From: an uncultured Acidobacteriota bacterium
GTDB taxonomy: Bacteria > Actinomycetota > Acidimicrobiia > Spongiisociales > ZC4RG35
Length of the DNA stretch: 64,000 nt
Assembly: GCA_963828465.1 (NCBI GenBank)
Contig: CAWHEU010000021.1
Location: 32,001 to 96,000 of the forward strand
Reading direction: 5' to 3'
How positions within the stretch are numbered: the stretch's first letter is position 1; each line of letters begins with the position of its first letter. The notes beneath the pieces are model-generated. The model was not told the DNA's origin, searched no databases, and was given only the letters and a program-made list of their open reading frames with translations. The position numbers and the translations under genes were made by a program. Positions 11,959 through 20,896 of the stretch are shown here, piece after piece.

Positions 11959-13203
11959 TCAGGTGCGGACGGGGGTCAGCACCCCCCGGCTCTCCAGCAG
12001 CCGGCGAAGGGATGCCACGACCTCCGGGTCGTAGTCGTAGGCGGCGCCGGTGTGGAGGACCTCTAGGGCCTGCAGGGGGGAGAGCCCCTCGAGATGCACC
12101 TGCCAGTCATAAGCGGCGGCGACCTTGATTATCCGCGACACGATCGAGACATCCGGGTCGGTTTGCTCGCCCGGCTTGCGATAGGGCTCGTACTGATGGC
12201 GCACGTGGGTCGCCACTCGGCTCAAGTACGGCGACTCGGCGATGATCTCCGAGCTCCAGCGTGCGAGGTCGGTATCGCTGTAACCCATTCGCAGTATCTG
12301 CGGCTCGTTGAGGCTGACGCGCCCGATGTCGTGCATCAGCCCGGCGTACTCCACGTCTTCCACCTGGACCGGGCCTAGCCCGATCTCCTTGGCGATGGCC
12401 GAGGCGAGCTCGGTGGTGCGGTCAGCGTGACCATCGACCCCGAGCCCGGAGACCTCGGGGATGCGAGCCAGCGCACGGATGGTCTGCTTGTAGGTCACCT
12501 TGGTCTGTTGGAACCGTTTGAAGGCGAGGTGGGCAAACGAGTAGGGAAGCAGGGCGATGGGGAGTGCCCACCAACCAATCGCCGGTAGTAGTTCGCCGAA
12601 CAGTGCACCCGTGAGAGCCAGTCCGAGGAAGACATTGAGATCGTGTATCAGGGAGCGGGCCAGATAGCTGCGGGACAGCTCACGCTTGCCCACGACGAGC
12701 ATGGAGCGGGCGAACACCTCGACCGCGATCCAGGCGAGGAGGGCCACGACGAACGGGACCAGGTCCGCCCAGCCTCCGTTCAACTCGGCAAACGGCCCCA
12801 CACGGAGGGCGGAGTACACGGTCGCATAGACGACATAACCGGCGAATCTCCGCACCAGAGTGGGCAGAAGGTCGGTGTGCTTCTCCCCACGTGAGTAACG
12901 GAGTGCCCAGACGATGGCAAGGCCCAGTCCATAAACGGCAATGCACCCGGCCAGGTCCACATCCTGTGTCGAGCCGAGCACGAAGGGCACGGCGGCAGCC
13001 ACCGCCAGACCCACCGTGAACCTGTTCCCCGTGTTGGAGGCCGCTACCCCGACCATCGAGGCCAGCACCAACGCCGTCACCGCAACCAGCAATTTGATCG
13101 GATCGGTCACAGCAATGGTGGCCGCATAGAGACCAACCCCGGCGATAACGAGGACATACAGCCAGGAGACGATGGAGAGGGCGCGTGGGCTCCAGCTAGC
13201 CAC
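11959..13203 (-). CDS. Membrane HD-GYP-like protein with a degenerate catalytic site
   Basis: About 7-8 TM segments; GHADR, MHDIGR and YDPEVV are present, but HHE/GYP is missing and VAD reads VAA. Confidence 0.85.
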   Translation of the reverse strand: MASWSPRALSIVSWLYVLVIAGVGLYAATIAVTDPIKLLVAVTALVLASMVGVAASNTGNRFTVGLAVAAAVPFVLGSTQDVDLAGCIAVYGLGLAIVWALRYSRGEKHTDLLPTLVRRFAGYVVYATVYSALRVGPFAELNGGWADLVPFVVALLAWIAVEVFARSMLVVGKRELSRSYLARSLIHDLNVFLGLALTGALFGELLPAIGWWALPIALLPYSFAHLAFKRFQQTKVTYKQTIRALARIPEVSGLGVDGHADRTTELASAIAKEIGLGPVQVEDVEYAGLMHDIGRVSLNEPQILRMGYSDTDLARWSSEIIAESPYLSRVATHVRHQYEPYRKPGEQTDPDVSIVSRIIKVAAAYDWQVHLEGLSPLQALEVLHTGAAYDYDPEVVASLRRLLESRGVLTPVRT

Positions 13204-14587
13204 GAAGGGTCAACTCCGGCTCTTCGGCGAGACGACGGGCCATCTCCTCGTCGTTCACATGCGGGGCGCCCCAGCGACGACCGGTCTTGTTGAGCGCTCG
13301 CTCGAAAGCGTCGACCACCTCCGGGTGGAACTGGGCGCCAGAGTTGCGCCTCAACTCGGATATGGCGTATTGCTGTGAGAGTGCCATCCGATAGGACCGG
13401 GCCGAGGTCATCGCGTCGAATGCGTCGGCCGCGGCGACGATGCAAGCCTCGATCCGGGGAGGCTCACCCTGGCTGTGCCCGCTGCCGCCGTATCCACTCC
13501 CGTCGAAATTGCTGTGGTGGCCGGAGGCGATCTCGACCATGGGCTGGAGGAAGTCCACTTCGGCGAGGATCTCTTCGACGAGTTGAGCGTGGGCCTTCAT
13601 CTCGGCGTACTCGTCCTCGTCGAGCCGGCCCCTTTTCCGGATGAGCTCGGTGGGGACGGCCAGTTTGCCCAGATCGTGGATCAGGGCCGACCAGCGGAGA
13701 GTCTCGAGCTGGGTCCCACTGAAGCCCATCTCCTCGCCGATCATCTGTGAGAAGAACGCCACCCTTTCCGTGTGCCCTCTGGTGTACATGTCCTTGGCCT
13801 CGAGCGTCTTGACGAATCCGCGAATCGACCCGATGTGCGAATCACGCAATTGCGAGTAGGCGTAGAGGGACATGTGGCCAATGGCGTAGACGCCTACGAT
13901 GAAAACGATGATCGCTTCGCCGTCGGCGATGAGAAAAGCTGCGCCGATGAGCCCGCCGATGAGGCCCATGGCTACCTGACCGACAAACAGAGTCGGCATC
14001 TGGGACCAGGGCTCGAGATTGTCCCGGCCGAAAACGACCTTCACCGCATATCGAACCAGAACCGTCTGCACCGTGGCGTAGGCCAGGGCCGCGACCGCCG
14101 ACACGACCAGCACCCTGATCAGAGACCCGGCAGTGTCCGGGACGCCTTCGAGATATGTGTCGAGGATGAGGCCGCACACGGCGCCGGCAGTGACGATCTG
14201 CCCGAAGTTGGCCATCGGCTGGAACCAGCGCTTCTCTTTGAAGTCGAGCGGGGTGAACAGGGCGAGAGCACCCATCAGCGCCAGACCGAACATCGCGTCG
14301 GAATCGGGACGCATGGCCAGGATCACCCCGGCGCTCATCGCCACCATCACAGAGGCGGACTGCAGCATGCGATCGTTGACCTCGACCGCGAAGAACTCGA
14401 GCAGGACGAAGAGGACGGCGAATGGGGCCCAATACGCCCAGACCGGCATCTCGGAGTAGAAGAACGACCCGACGAGGGCGGCCAGACCCGCCAGCGAGTA
14501 GGGCACAGCGATCTTCAACCGGCGCTGCACCGTGGGTCGGAGACGACCGAACCATCCCCGCAACGGTTTTTTCCTACCAAGCCTCAT
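13196..14587 (-). CDS. Membrane HD-GYP phosphodiesterase (c-di-GMP)
   Basis: About 6-7 TM segments; KDMYTRGHTERV, LIHDLGK, HHSNFDGSGYG, ADAFDAMTSARSYR, QFHPEVV. GAGGGG RBS before ATG 14587 (alternative ATG 14605). Confidence 0.9.
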   Translation of the reverse strand: MRLGRKKPLRGWFGRLRPTVQRRLKIAVPYSLAGLAALVGSFFYSEMPVWAYWAPFAVLFVLLEFFAVEVNDRMLQSASVMVAMSAGVILAMRPDSDAMFGLALMGALALFTPLDFKEKRWFQPMANFGQIVTAGAVCGLILDTYLEGVPDTAGSLIRVLVVSAVAALAYATVQTVLVRYAVKVVFGRDNLEPWSQMPTLFVGQVAMGLIGGLIGAAFLIADGEAIIVFIVGVYAIGHMSLYAYSQLRDSHIGSIRGFVKTLEAKDMYTRGHTERVAFFSQMIGEEMGFSGTQLETLRWSALIHDLGKLAVPTELIRKRGRLDEDEYAEMKAHAQLVEEILAEVDFLQPMVEIASGHHSNFDGSGYGGSGHSQGEPPRIEACIVAAADAFDAMTSARSYRMALSQQYAISELRRNSGAQFHPEVVDAFERALNKTGRRWGAPHVNDEEMARRLAEEPELTLRG

Positions 14588-14636
14588 TGAGCCCCTCGAC
14601 GACATGTGTGACCGTTTGGTGAGCCGGCGTCGGTTA

Positions 14637-14714
14637 TCAGCCGATCCGGGTGCCGGCGAGCACTAACTCCAGGCTCGCGACACATCTGTGATTACGGGCC
14701 AGAAATGCCTTCAT
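14637..14714 (-). CDS. Small 25-aa peptide MKAFLARNHRCVASLELVLAGTRIG (candidate signal precursor)
   Basis: AGGTGA Shine-Dalgarno, TTG-ATG start and tandem TGA-TAA stop; lies directly upstream of and co-oriented with the HD-GYP pair; below the ORF-track size cutoff. Confidence 0.65.
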   Translation of the reverse strand: MKAFLARNHRCVASLELVLAGTRIG

Positions 14715-14847
14715 CAAGAACGCTCACCTGTTGGTGCCGTATTTCACCGGCGTTGTGTGCCGGTGTTGACGATCCGCTCCGCTGGGGTTGATGGGCGTCC
14801 AGTACAAGGCCGACGTCTGACGCCGGACTCACCGCTTTTCCCCGGCA

Positions 14848-14880
14848 AGTCTTGACGGGGAACCTTTAACATGTCAAAGG
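14848..14880 (-). promoter_or_regulatory. Putative sigma-70 promoter for the peptide/HD-GYP operon, overlapped by an 18-bp palindrome
   Basis: Minus-strand TTGACA-N18-AAGACT; imperfect palindrome CCTTTAACATGTCAAAGG at 14863-14880. Confidence 0.55.
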
Positions 14881-15055
14881 CCCCTGACTTCGCCCGCCAT
14901 TGGCCAGGCAGACGGGTCAGAGACCTCGGCTGCCCCACGTTTCCAATAATGCCTTCCAGCCCGCCGCAATCTAGAGCCTCTCGGTACCTTGAACAAGGGG
15001 AAATGCGGCGTGTTATCCCGATAGACCACTCCGGTTGGCTGTACGCTGGGAGGTC

Positions 15056-15676
15056 ATGGACCTAATCGCGCTCCAGGACAAGATCTGTCGCATCGACGGC
15101 GTCGAGGCGGCGAGGATCGTCGCCGGCAACGGCCATATCGAGGAAATACATGTCCTGGCCCGCCGAAACAAGCCGCCCAAGCAGGTCGTGAGAGACGTGC
15201 AGTCCCTGAGCCAGGCGCTGTTTGGCGAGGAGATCGACCGCCGGGTGGTCTCGGTCGTGCAGCTCGCCGACTCCGATCTCGATATGGGATTTCGTCCGGC
15301 GCTGGTCGACGTCAGTGAGACCCTCGACGGGTCCCGCGCAGTTGTTTCGGTGACATTGCGGTGGCAGAACGAGGTCTTCACCGGCTCGTCGAAGGGCGCC
15401 GCCGCGGTGACCACCCGATCTCGTCAGATCGCCGAGGCCACGCTCGAGGCCATCCGCCAGGCCATCCATCAGGAGGCGGCCCTCGCCGTCTCGTCGATGG
15501 ATATACCCGTGTTGGGGAGCCGCAAGGTGGCGGTGGCACAAATAGTCGTGGTCACCGAGGCGACCGAGCGACACCTCATCGGGTGCGCCTATGTCGAGGA
15601 CGAAGAATCGAGAGCGGTGGTCCGCTCAGTCCTCGATGCCCTCAATCGGGTGCTTCCCGACCTCAAGATATCCTGA
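15056..15676 (+). CDS. Conserved hypothetical protein with a LeuA-allosteric-like C-terminus
   Basis: GGAGG RBS; IEEIHVLA..PKQVVRDVQS..IDRRVVSVVQ N-domain and AVVRSVLDALNR C-terminal motif. Confidence 0.8.
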   Translation: MDLIALQDKICRIDGVEAARIVAGNGHIEEIHVLARRNKPPKQVVRDVQSLSQALFGEEIDRRVVSVVQLADSDLDMGFRPALVDVSETLDGSRAVVSVTLRWQNEVFTGSSKGAAAVTTRSRQIAEATLEAIRQAIHQEAALAVSSMDIPVLGSRKVAVAQIVVVTEATERHLIGCAYVEDEESRAVVRSVLDALNRVLPDLKIS

Positions 15677-17218
15677 CGCACGCGGTCTCCACCCCACATC
15701 ATTACTCCACGGATGCGGCCAAACGTGTGCTGATCGCTGGGGGCAATGCGGTGGACGCGGCGATCGCAGCCACCGCTACCCAGGGGGTCGTCGCACCGGA
15801 GACCTGCGGGGTCGGGGGTGATCTCTTCGCCATGGTTCACAGGCCGGGATGGGATGAGCCCCGTGCGCTCAATGCCTCCGGACGCGCCGGGTCCCATGCC
15901 GACCCCGGCCCCGTTCGGGACGTCAGGGTCATCCCGCGCGACCACCCGCTCTCCGTCACAGTGCCCGGTTGTGTCGACGGTTGGTCGGTCCTTTCTTCTG
16001 AGCTCGGCCGTCTCGCACTGAGTGAATGCGTCGCCCCGGCCATCGAGCTACGCCAGCGAGGGCTTCGAGGTCTCCACCGAGCAGGCTGGCGCCTTTCTCG
16101 ATCAGGCATCCTTCTACGCCGGGCAACGGGCGGTCCGAGAGTTCTATCCGGGTGGGGCAGCGGTCGTGCGAGGTGATGTCGTCAAGCGACCTGATCTCGC
16201 GGCCACTCTCCACGCTGTCGGCGAGCGAGGGCGAGATGCCTTCTATCTCGGGGATCCGGCCCAGGACATCGTCGAGGAATTGGGTGGCCTCATAACACAC
16301 GGCGACCTGGCCCGATCCCACGCCGACTGGGTGAGCCCGATCTCATGTGCGGTCGGGGACATGTTTGCCTGGACCCTCCCCCCCAACTCACAGGGCTATC
16401 TCGGCCCTGCCACGCTCGCGGTGTTCGAGATGCTGGGACCACCTTCGGACCCGGCCGACCCGGACTGGTGGCATCTGCTGATCGAGGCGTTTCGCTCGAT
16501 GGCCTGGGAGAGAGACGATCTCGTCGCCGATCCCGACCACGCACCCCTTCCCGGGCACCTCCTCCTCGATCCTGCCCGTTTGGGCCGAGCCGCCGACACG
16601 GTCGACCGAGCCGCAACGGGAGTCTGGCCCAGGAGAATGGGGTCCGAGTCGAGCACGGCGTACATGTGCATCGTCGACGACGAGGGCTTGGCCGTGTCCA
16701 TCATCCAGTCGAACTTCGAAGGGACAGGCTCCGCATTCGGCGCCGGCACGAGTGGGTTCTTGCTCCACAACCGGGGCAGCGGCTTCTCCCTGACTCCGGG
16801 ACATCCGAACGAGCTGCAGCCCGGGAAGCGCCCGCTGCACACCCTCTCTCCCACCCTCTGGACCCGCGATCGGGAGCCGACATGGGTGATCGGGACCCGA
16901 GGCGGCTCGGTGCAGCCTCAACTCGTGGCTCAGGTTGCGGCACGAGCCATCCTCGCCGGGAAGACCATCGAGGAGGCTCAGACCGCGCCGAGATGGGTGG
17001 TCCGGGAGTTCGGACCGTTCTCCGAGGCGCGTCTCCTGGTGGAGCCCGGTATCGCCGGGGCCACGCTCTCCAACCTGCGGTCGCGCGGGCACGTCATCGA
17101 AGAAGTGCCCGACCGCCAACCCGGTTGGGGGCCGGTGTCCATGATCAAAATCGACGGCAAGGACCGCACGACCCACCCGGACCCCCGCGTCGACACCACC
17201 AGCGCGATCGTTTTCTGA
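15673..17218 (+). CDS. Gamma-glutamyltransferase family protein (frameshift near 16050)
   Basis: GGNAVDAAIA, CGVGGDLF, LNASG, VTVPG, then LPPNSQG, STAY (Thr nucleophile), LHNRG, PGKRPLHTL, DPR. Confidence 0.9.
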
Positions 17219-18236
17219 CTAACGCCTTCAGCTTGCCTATGACCTCGCGGAGGGCCTCCGGCTCGGCGTCCAGAGTGGGCCCGATCGTGTAGAAGCCGAT
17301 CCGCTGCACTCGATCGCCGTAGCGCTCCCGAATGGCGTCAGCCAACCGGTCGGCTGTCGCCGCCACCCCCACGGTGAGCACGGCATCATCCGGTACCAGC
17401 GCGGCCATCTCCTCCCACAGGCCGCGCTTCGACATCGCGTTGAGCTCTCCGCCGAAATCCCATCCCTCTGCCTCCAGCACCGGCAGGTATGAGGGGGTGG
17501 ATGCGTAGAACGCAATCTGCTGCCGGACCGGGCCCATCGCCTGCTCGACATCGGAATCCGTCGCTCCGGTCATGACGAAAACGGTCGTGGCCAGCTCCAC
17601 GTCGTCCAGCGTCCGGCCAGAGCCCGCTGCCCCGGCATCGATCCCGGGCAGGACCACCTCATCGAGATAGCGCACCGTGTGGAAGGGATGGACATGGAAC
17701 CCCGAACAGAGCTCACCGGCGAGTCGGCTCAGATATGGGCCAACTCCGGCGATGTAGACCGGCACATCCGGATTCGGGATGGGGCCCGGGTTGAAGAACG
17801 GTGTGATCAGGGAGAACTGGTAGTAATCACCCTCGAAGGAAAGCGGGCTCGAGTCTTGAAACGATTCCCAGATCGCTCGAAGGGCAAGGATGTACTCCCG
17901 CAGACGGGGAACCGGGCGATCCCAGGTCGACGAGAAGCGCCGGACGATGTGCGCTCTGACCTGTGTCCCGAGGCCGAGGATGAACCGGCCGCGCGACATC
18001 CGGGCGAGATCCCAGGCCGTCATCGCGGTGATCATCGGCGATCTCGGGAAGGCGACGGCGATCGCCGTGCCGAGGTCGAGCCCGGGCTCCGCCACTGAGG
18101 CAAGGGCCAATGGCAGGAAGGGGTCATACTGGGTCTCGGCGGTGAAGAAACCGTCATAGCCGAGCTTCGCCGCGCCCTCCGCCGCCTCCGGAGCGCCCTC
18201 AGGGGGGCTCGGTGGGTAGTAGAAGTCGACTTTCAT
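17145..18236 (-). CDS. LLM-class F420-dependent oxidoreductase
   Basis: ETQYDPF, GTAIAVAFPRSP, GRFILGLGTQVRAH, HVHPFHT, QIAFYASTPSY; the 3' end overlaps the GGT gene. Confidence 0.88.
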   Translation of the reverse strand: MKVDFYYPPSPPEGAPEAAEGAAKLGYDGFFTAETQYDPFLPLALASVAEPGLDLGTAIAVAFPRSPMITAMTAWDLARMSRGRFILGLGTQVRAHIVRRFSSTWDRPVPRLREYILALRAIWESFQDSSPLSFEGDYYQFSLITPFFNPGPIPNPDVPVYIAGVGPYLSRLAGELCSGFHVHPFHTVRYLDEVVLPGIDAGAAGSGRTLDDVELATTVFVMTGATDSDVEQAMGPVRQQIAFYASTPSYLPVLEAEGWDFGGELNAMSKRGLWEEMAALVPDDAVLTVGVAATADRLADAIRERYGDRVQRIGFYTIGPTLDAEPEALREVIGKLKALVRKRSRWWCRRGGPGGSCGPCRRF

Positions 18237-18283
18237 CAGCCAGCCAGGGTAGGTCGGGCCACGGATGGGTACGATCACGACCG

Positions 18284-18604
18284 ATGAAGACACTGGCCAA
18301 AGTCGTGGGTGTCGTCGGCGCGGCGGCCGCCCTGGTGTGGGCGATGCGAGACCGATTCATCTCGGTCGCAGCGTCGCGCGAGCCGGAGCCGCCCGTCCTG
18401 CGGACCGCCGCTCCTGCTCCGACGGCTTCGGGGATCGACGCCATCGACGGGATCGGGCCTGTGTTCGCCAGCCGTCTGAAAGTCGCCGGGATCGACGATG
18501 TCTCCAAACTGGCCTCGGCGACTCCCGACACCATCGCCGAGGCAGCCGGCGTCAGCGGCGCTCGGGCCAGGACCTGGATCGAACAGGCCCGCTCGCTGGG
18601 CTGA
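18284..18604 (+). CDS. Small membrane-anchored helix-hairpin-helix protein
   Basis: N-terminal hydrophobic segment; IDGIGPVFASRLKVAGI...WIEQA. Confidence 0.75.
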   Translation: MKTLAKVVGVVGAAAALVWAMRDRFISVAASREPEPPVLRTAAPAPTASGIDAIDGIGPVFASRLKVAGIDDVSKLASATPDTIAEAAGVSGARARTWIEQARSLG

Positions 18605-18605
18605 C

Positions 18606-19652
18606 GTGCCCTACCTTCACCAGCCGGAGGATCTCGGCAACCTTCTCGAGGGTGAGCCCTCCTTTCGAGTCGACCAGTTGCGCGACTGGCTCTACAGGAC
18701 GCCTGTGCTGAGCAGCACGGACATGACCAATCTCCCGGCCGAGGTGAGGAGGAGGCTGGAGCCCCTCTGGCCGTTCGATGTGGAAGCGGAGCAGTCCGCC
18801 GACGGCGGGACCACCCGCAAGTGGCTGTTTCGTGCCCCGGACGGAGCCGCCATCGAGGCCGTCCTCATGGGCTATCCGCGCCGGGCCACGTTGTGTATAT
18901 CGAGCCAGGCCGGTTGTGCCCTCGGCTGCACCTTCTGCGCCACTGGCCAGTTCGGGTTCGAGCGACATCTCGATGCGGGCGAGATCGTGGCTCAGGTGGC
19001 CTACGCGCAGGCTTTCCTCCGACAGATCGGGATGCCGGGCACCCCCGATCATCTGACGAACGTCGTCTTCATGGGAATGGGAGAGCCCCTGGCCAATTAC
19101 GACCGGGTCAGGGAGGCGATCCGCCGGATGATCGAGGTGATGGGCATGTCGGCGCGATCGATCACGGTGTCGACCGTCGGCATCGTGCCGGGAATACGAC
19201 GACTGACCGATGAGCCGTGGCCGGTTTCGCTGGCGGTGAGCCTCCACGCCGCCGACGACCAGCTGAGGAGCACGATTGTCCCGATCAATCGGCGCTACCC
19301 GCTTTCGGACCTCGAGGAAGCGGCCGCCGGGTACTTCGAGAAGAAGCGGCGCCGGCTCTCGATCGAGTGGACGATGATGGATGGCGTCAACGACACGACC
19401 GACCAGGCAATAAAGCTGGCTGCGATCGCCCGTCGGCTCCACGCCCACGTGAACTTGATCGCGCTCAATCCGACGCCGTTGACCAAGGAGACGGCATCCA
19501 GCGAGAGGGCCATCGACGCATTTGCCCGGGAACTGGGTCGGCGCGGGGTCAACGTGACCGTCCGCAACACGAGAGGCCGAAATATCGACGCCGCTTGTGG
19601 CCAATTACGCCTTCTCGCCGGCAAACCGGGCCTGAAACCCGTGTCTGACTGA
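18606..19652 (+). CDS. rlmN: 23S rRNA m2A2503 methyltransferase (radical SAM)
   Basis: CISSQAGCALGCTFCATG, VFMGMGEP, SLHA, IDAACGQL. Confidence 0.95.
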   Translation: MPYLHQPEDLGNLLEGEPSFRVDQLRDWLYRTPVLSSTDMTNLPAEVRRRLEPLWPFDVEAEQSADGGTTRKWLFRAPDGAAIEAVLMGYPRRATLCISSQAGCALGCTFCATGQFGFERHLDAGEIVAQVAYAQAFLRQIGMPGTPDHLTNVVFMGMGEPLANYDRVREAIRRMIEVMGMSARSITVSTVGIVPGIRRLTDEPWPVSLAVSLHAADDQLRSTIVPINRRYPLSDLEEAAAGYFEKKRRRLSIEWTMMDGVNDTTDQAIKLAAIARRLHAHVNLIALNPTPLTKETASSERAIDAFARELGRRGVNVTVRNTRGRNIDAACGQLRLLAGKPGLKPVSD

Positions 19653-19738
19653 CGAAATCCCGTTTTGGTGGAAATTTCGCGATCTGCGGTTAGGGTGGAC
19701 CCGCGGACGGAACAGGGGCCTGAAGGAGTTGGACCTTC

Positions 19739-20884
19739 ATGCCAGTCAATCGACGCGCCCGCGCCATCGCTGTTGGCTCGGTTCTCGCCCTGACTGTGGC
19801 TCTATTTTCATTGGAGTACACCGTGAAGCGCGGAGACACCCTCAGCGAGATCGCACGTGACCACGACGTATCCCTATCCGATGTGATCGAGCTCAACGAG
19901 CTCTCGAATCCCGATTTGATTCGCCCAGGCCAGGTGATCCTCATCCCCGGTGTCGACGGCTCGGTGGAGCAGCTCCACGTGGTCAGCACAGGCGAGTCCT
20001 TGAACAAGATCGCCTCCATCTACGGCGCCACCGCCTCGGCGATCGCCGATGCAAACAGCATGGCCAATCCCGACCTGATCCGTCCGGGTCAGGAGATTCT
20101 CATACCCACCACCAGGAAGAAGTCACCGGGCTCAGGCACCCCGAGCGTCTCCGATGGCGAGAGCTCGTCGTCACGATCGGGTCGGTACCACATCGTTCAG
20201 AGTGGCGAGACCCTGGACTCGATTGCCGGGCAGTACTCGGGGCTTTCGCCCGATGTCATTGCCGACGCCAACGGGATCACCAACGGACAGGTCTACACCG
20301 GCACCCGGCTCTTCCTCGATGGCCCGGCCTTCGTAGGGACGGGGAGTGGGGGATCGGCCAGCTACGTGGTGAAGACGGGTGACCGTCTCGGCGACATCGC
20401 CGCCAGGCACGACACGAACATCTCGACGCTGGCCGACCTGAACGGGTTGTCCGACGTGAACATGATCAGGTCCGGCCAGACCCTCGCGGTACCGGGCGGG
20501 TCCAGCTGGGTTTGCCCGGTCGAGGGTGGCCGCTACTTCAACGACTGGGGCTTTCCCCGCGGCGGCTCACGGTTCCACGAAGGCAACGACATCTTCGCCG
20601 CAAAGGGCTCCCCGGTCAGGGCTCCGGTCTCGGGCACGGTCGAGGTCATCGAGGGCACCGTCGGTGGGCTCCAGTTCAATCTGTATGGAAGCGACGGGAT
20701 CGAGTATCTCGGCTCCCACCTGGACGCGGCAGGGGAAACCGGCGAGGTGAGTGCCGGGGACGTGATCGGCTACGTAGGGAGCTCGGGCAATGCGGCCGGG
20801 ACGACTCCCCACCTCCACTTCGGAATGTACGGGAAGGTGGGAGCGATGAACCCCCACCCGACGCTGGTCTCGAACGGCTGCTGA
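19739..20884 (+). CDS. Secreted multi-LysM plus M23 peptidase
   Basis: Four LysM repeats (YTVKRGDTLSEIA etc.); HEGND and PHLHF zinc motifs; AAGGAG RBS. Confidence 0.92.
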   Translation: MPVNRRARAIAVGSVLALTVALFSLEYTVKRGDTLSEIARDHDVSLSDVIELNELSNPDLIRPGQVILIPGVDGSVEQLHVVSTGESLNKIASIYGATASAIADANSMANPDLIRPGQEILIPTTRKKSPGSGTPSVSDGESSSSRSGRYHIVQSGETLDSIAGQYSGLSPDVIADANGITNGQVYTGTRLFLDGPAFVGTGSGGSASYVVKTGDRLGDIAARHDTNISTLADLNGLSDVNMIRSGQTLAVPGGSSWVCPVEGGRYFNDWGFPRGGSRFHEGNDIFAAKGSPVRAPVSGTVEVIEGTVGGLQFNLYGSDGIEYLGSHLDAAGETGEVSAGDVIGYVGSSGNAAGTTPHLHFGMYGKVGAMNPHPTLVSNGC

Positions 20885-20896
20885 CACGCAGGCAAC

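Noticed and set aside
14715-14850. Additional tandem peptide copies upstream of the 25-aa ORF
   Set aside because: The only other short frame (LYWTPINP...) lacks an RBS, a hydrophobic core and any similarity to the first peptide.
14715-15055. c-di-GMP riboswitch in the leader of the HD-GYP operon
   Set aside because: No GEMM-I signature (GGCAAAC..GAAA..GGACGCAAAGC) or class II pattern visible on either strand.
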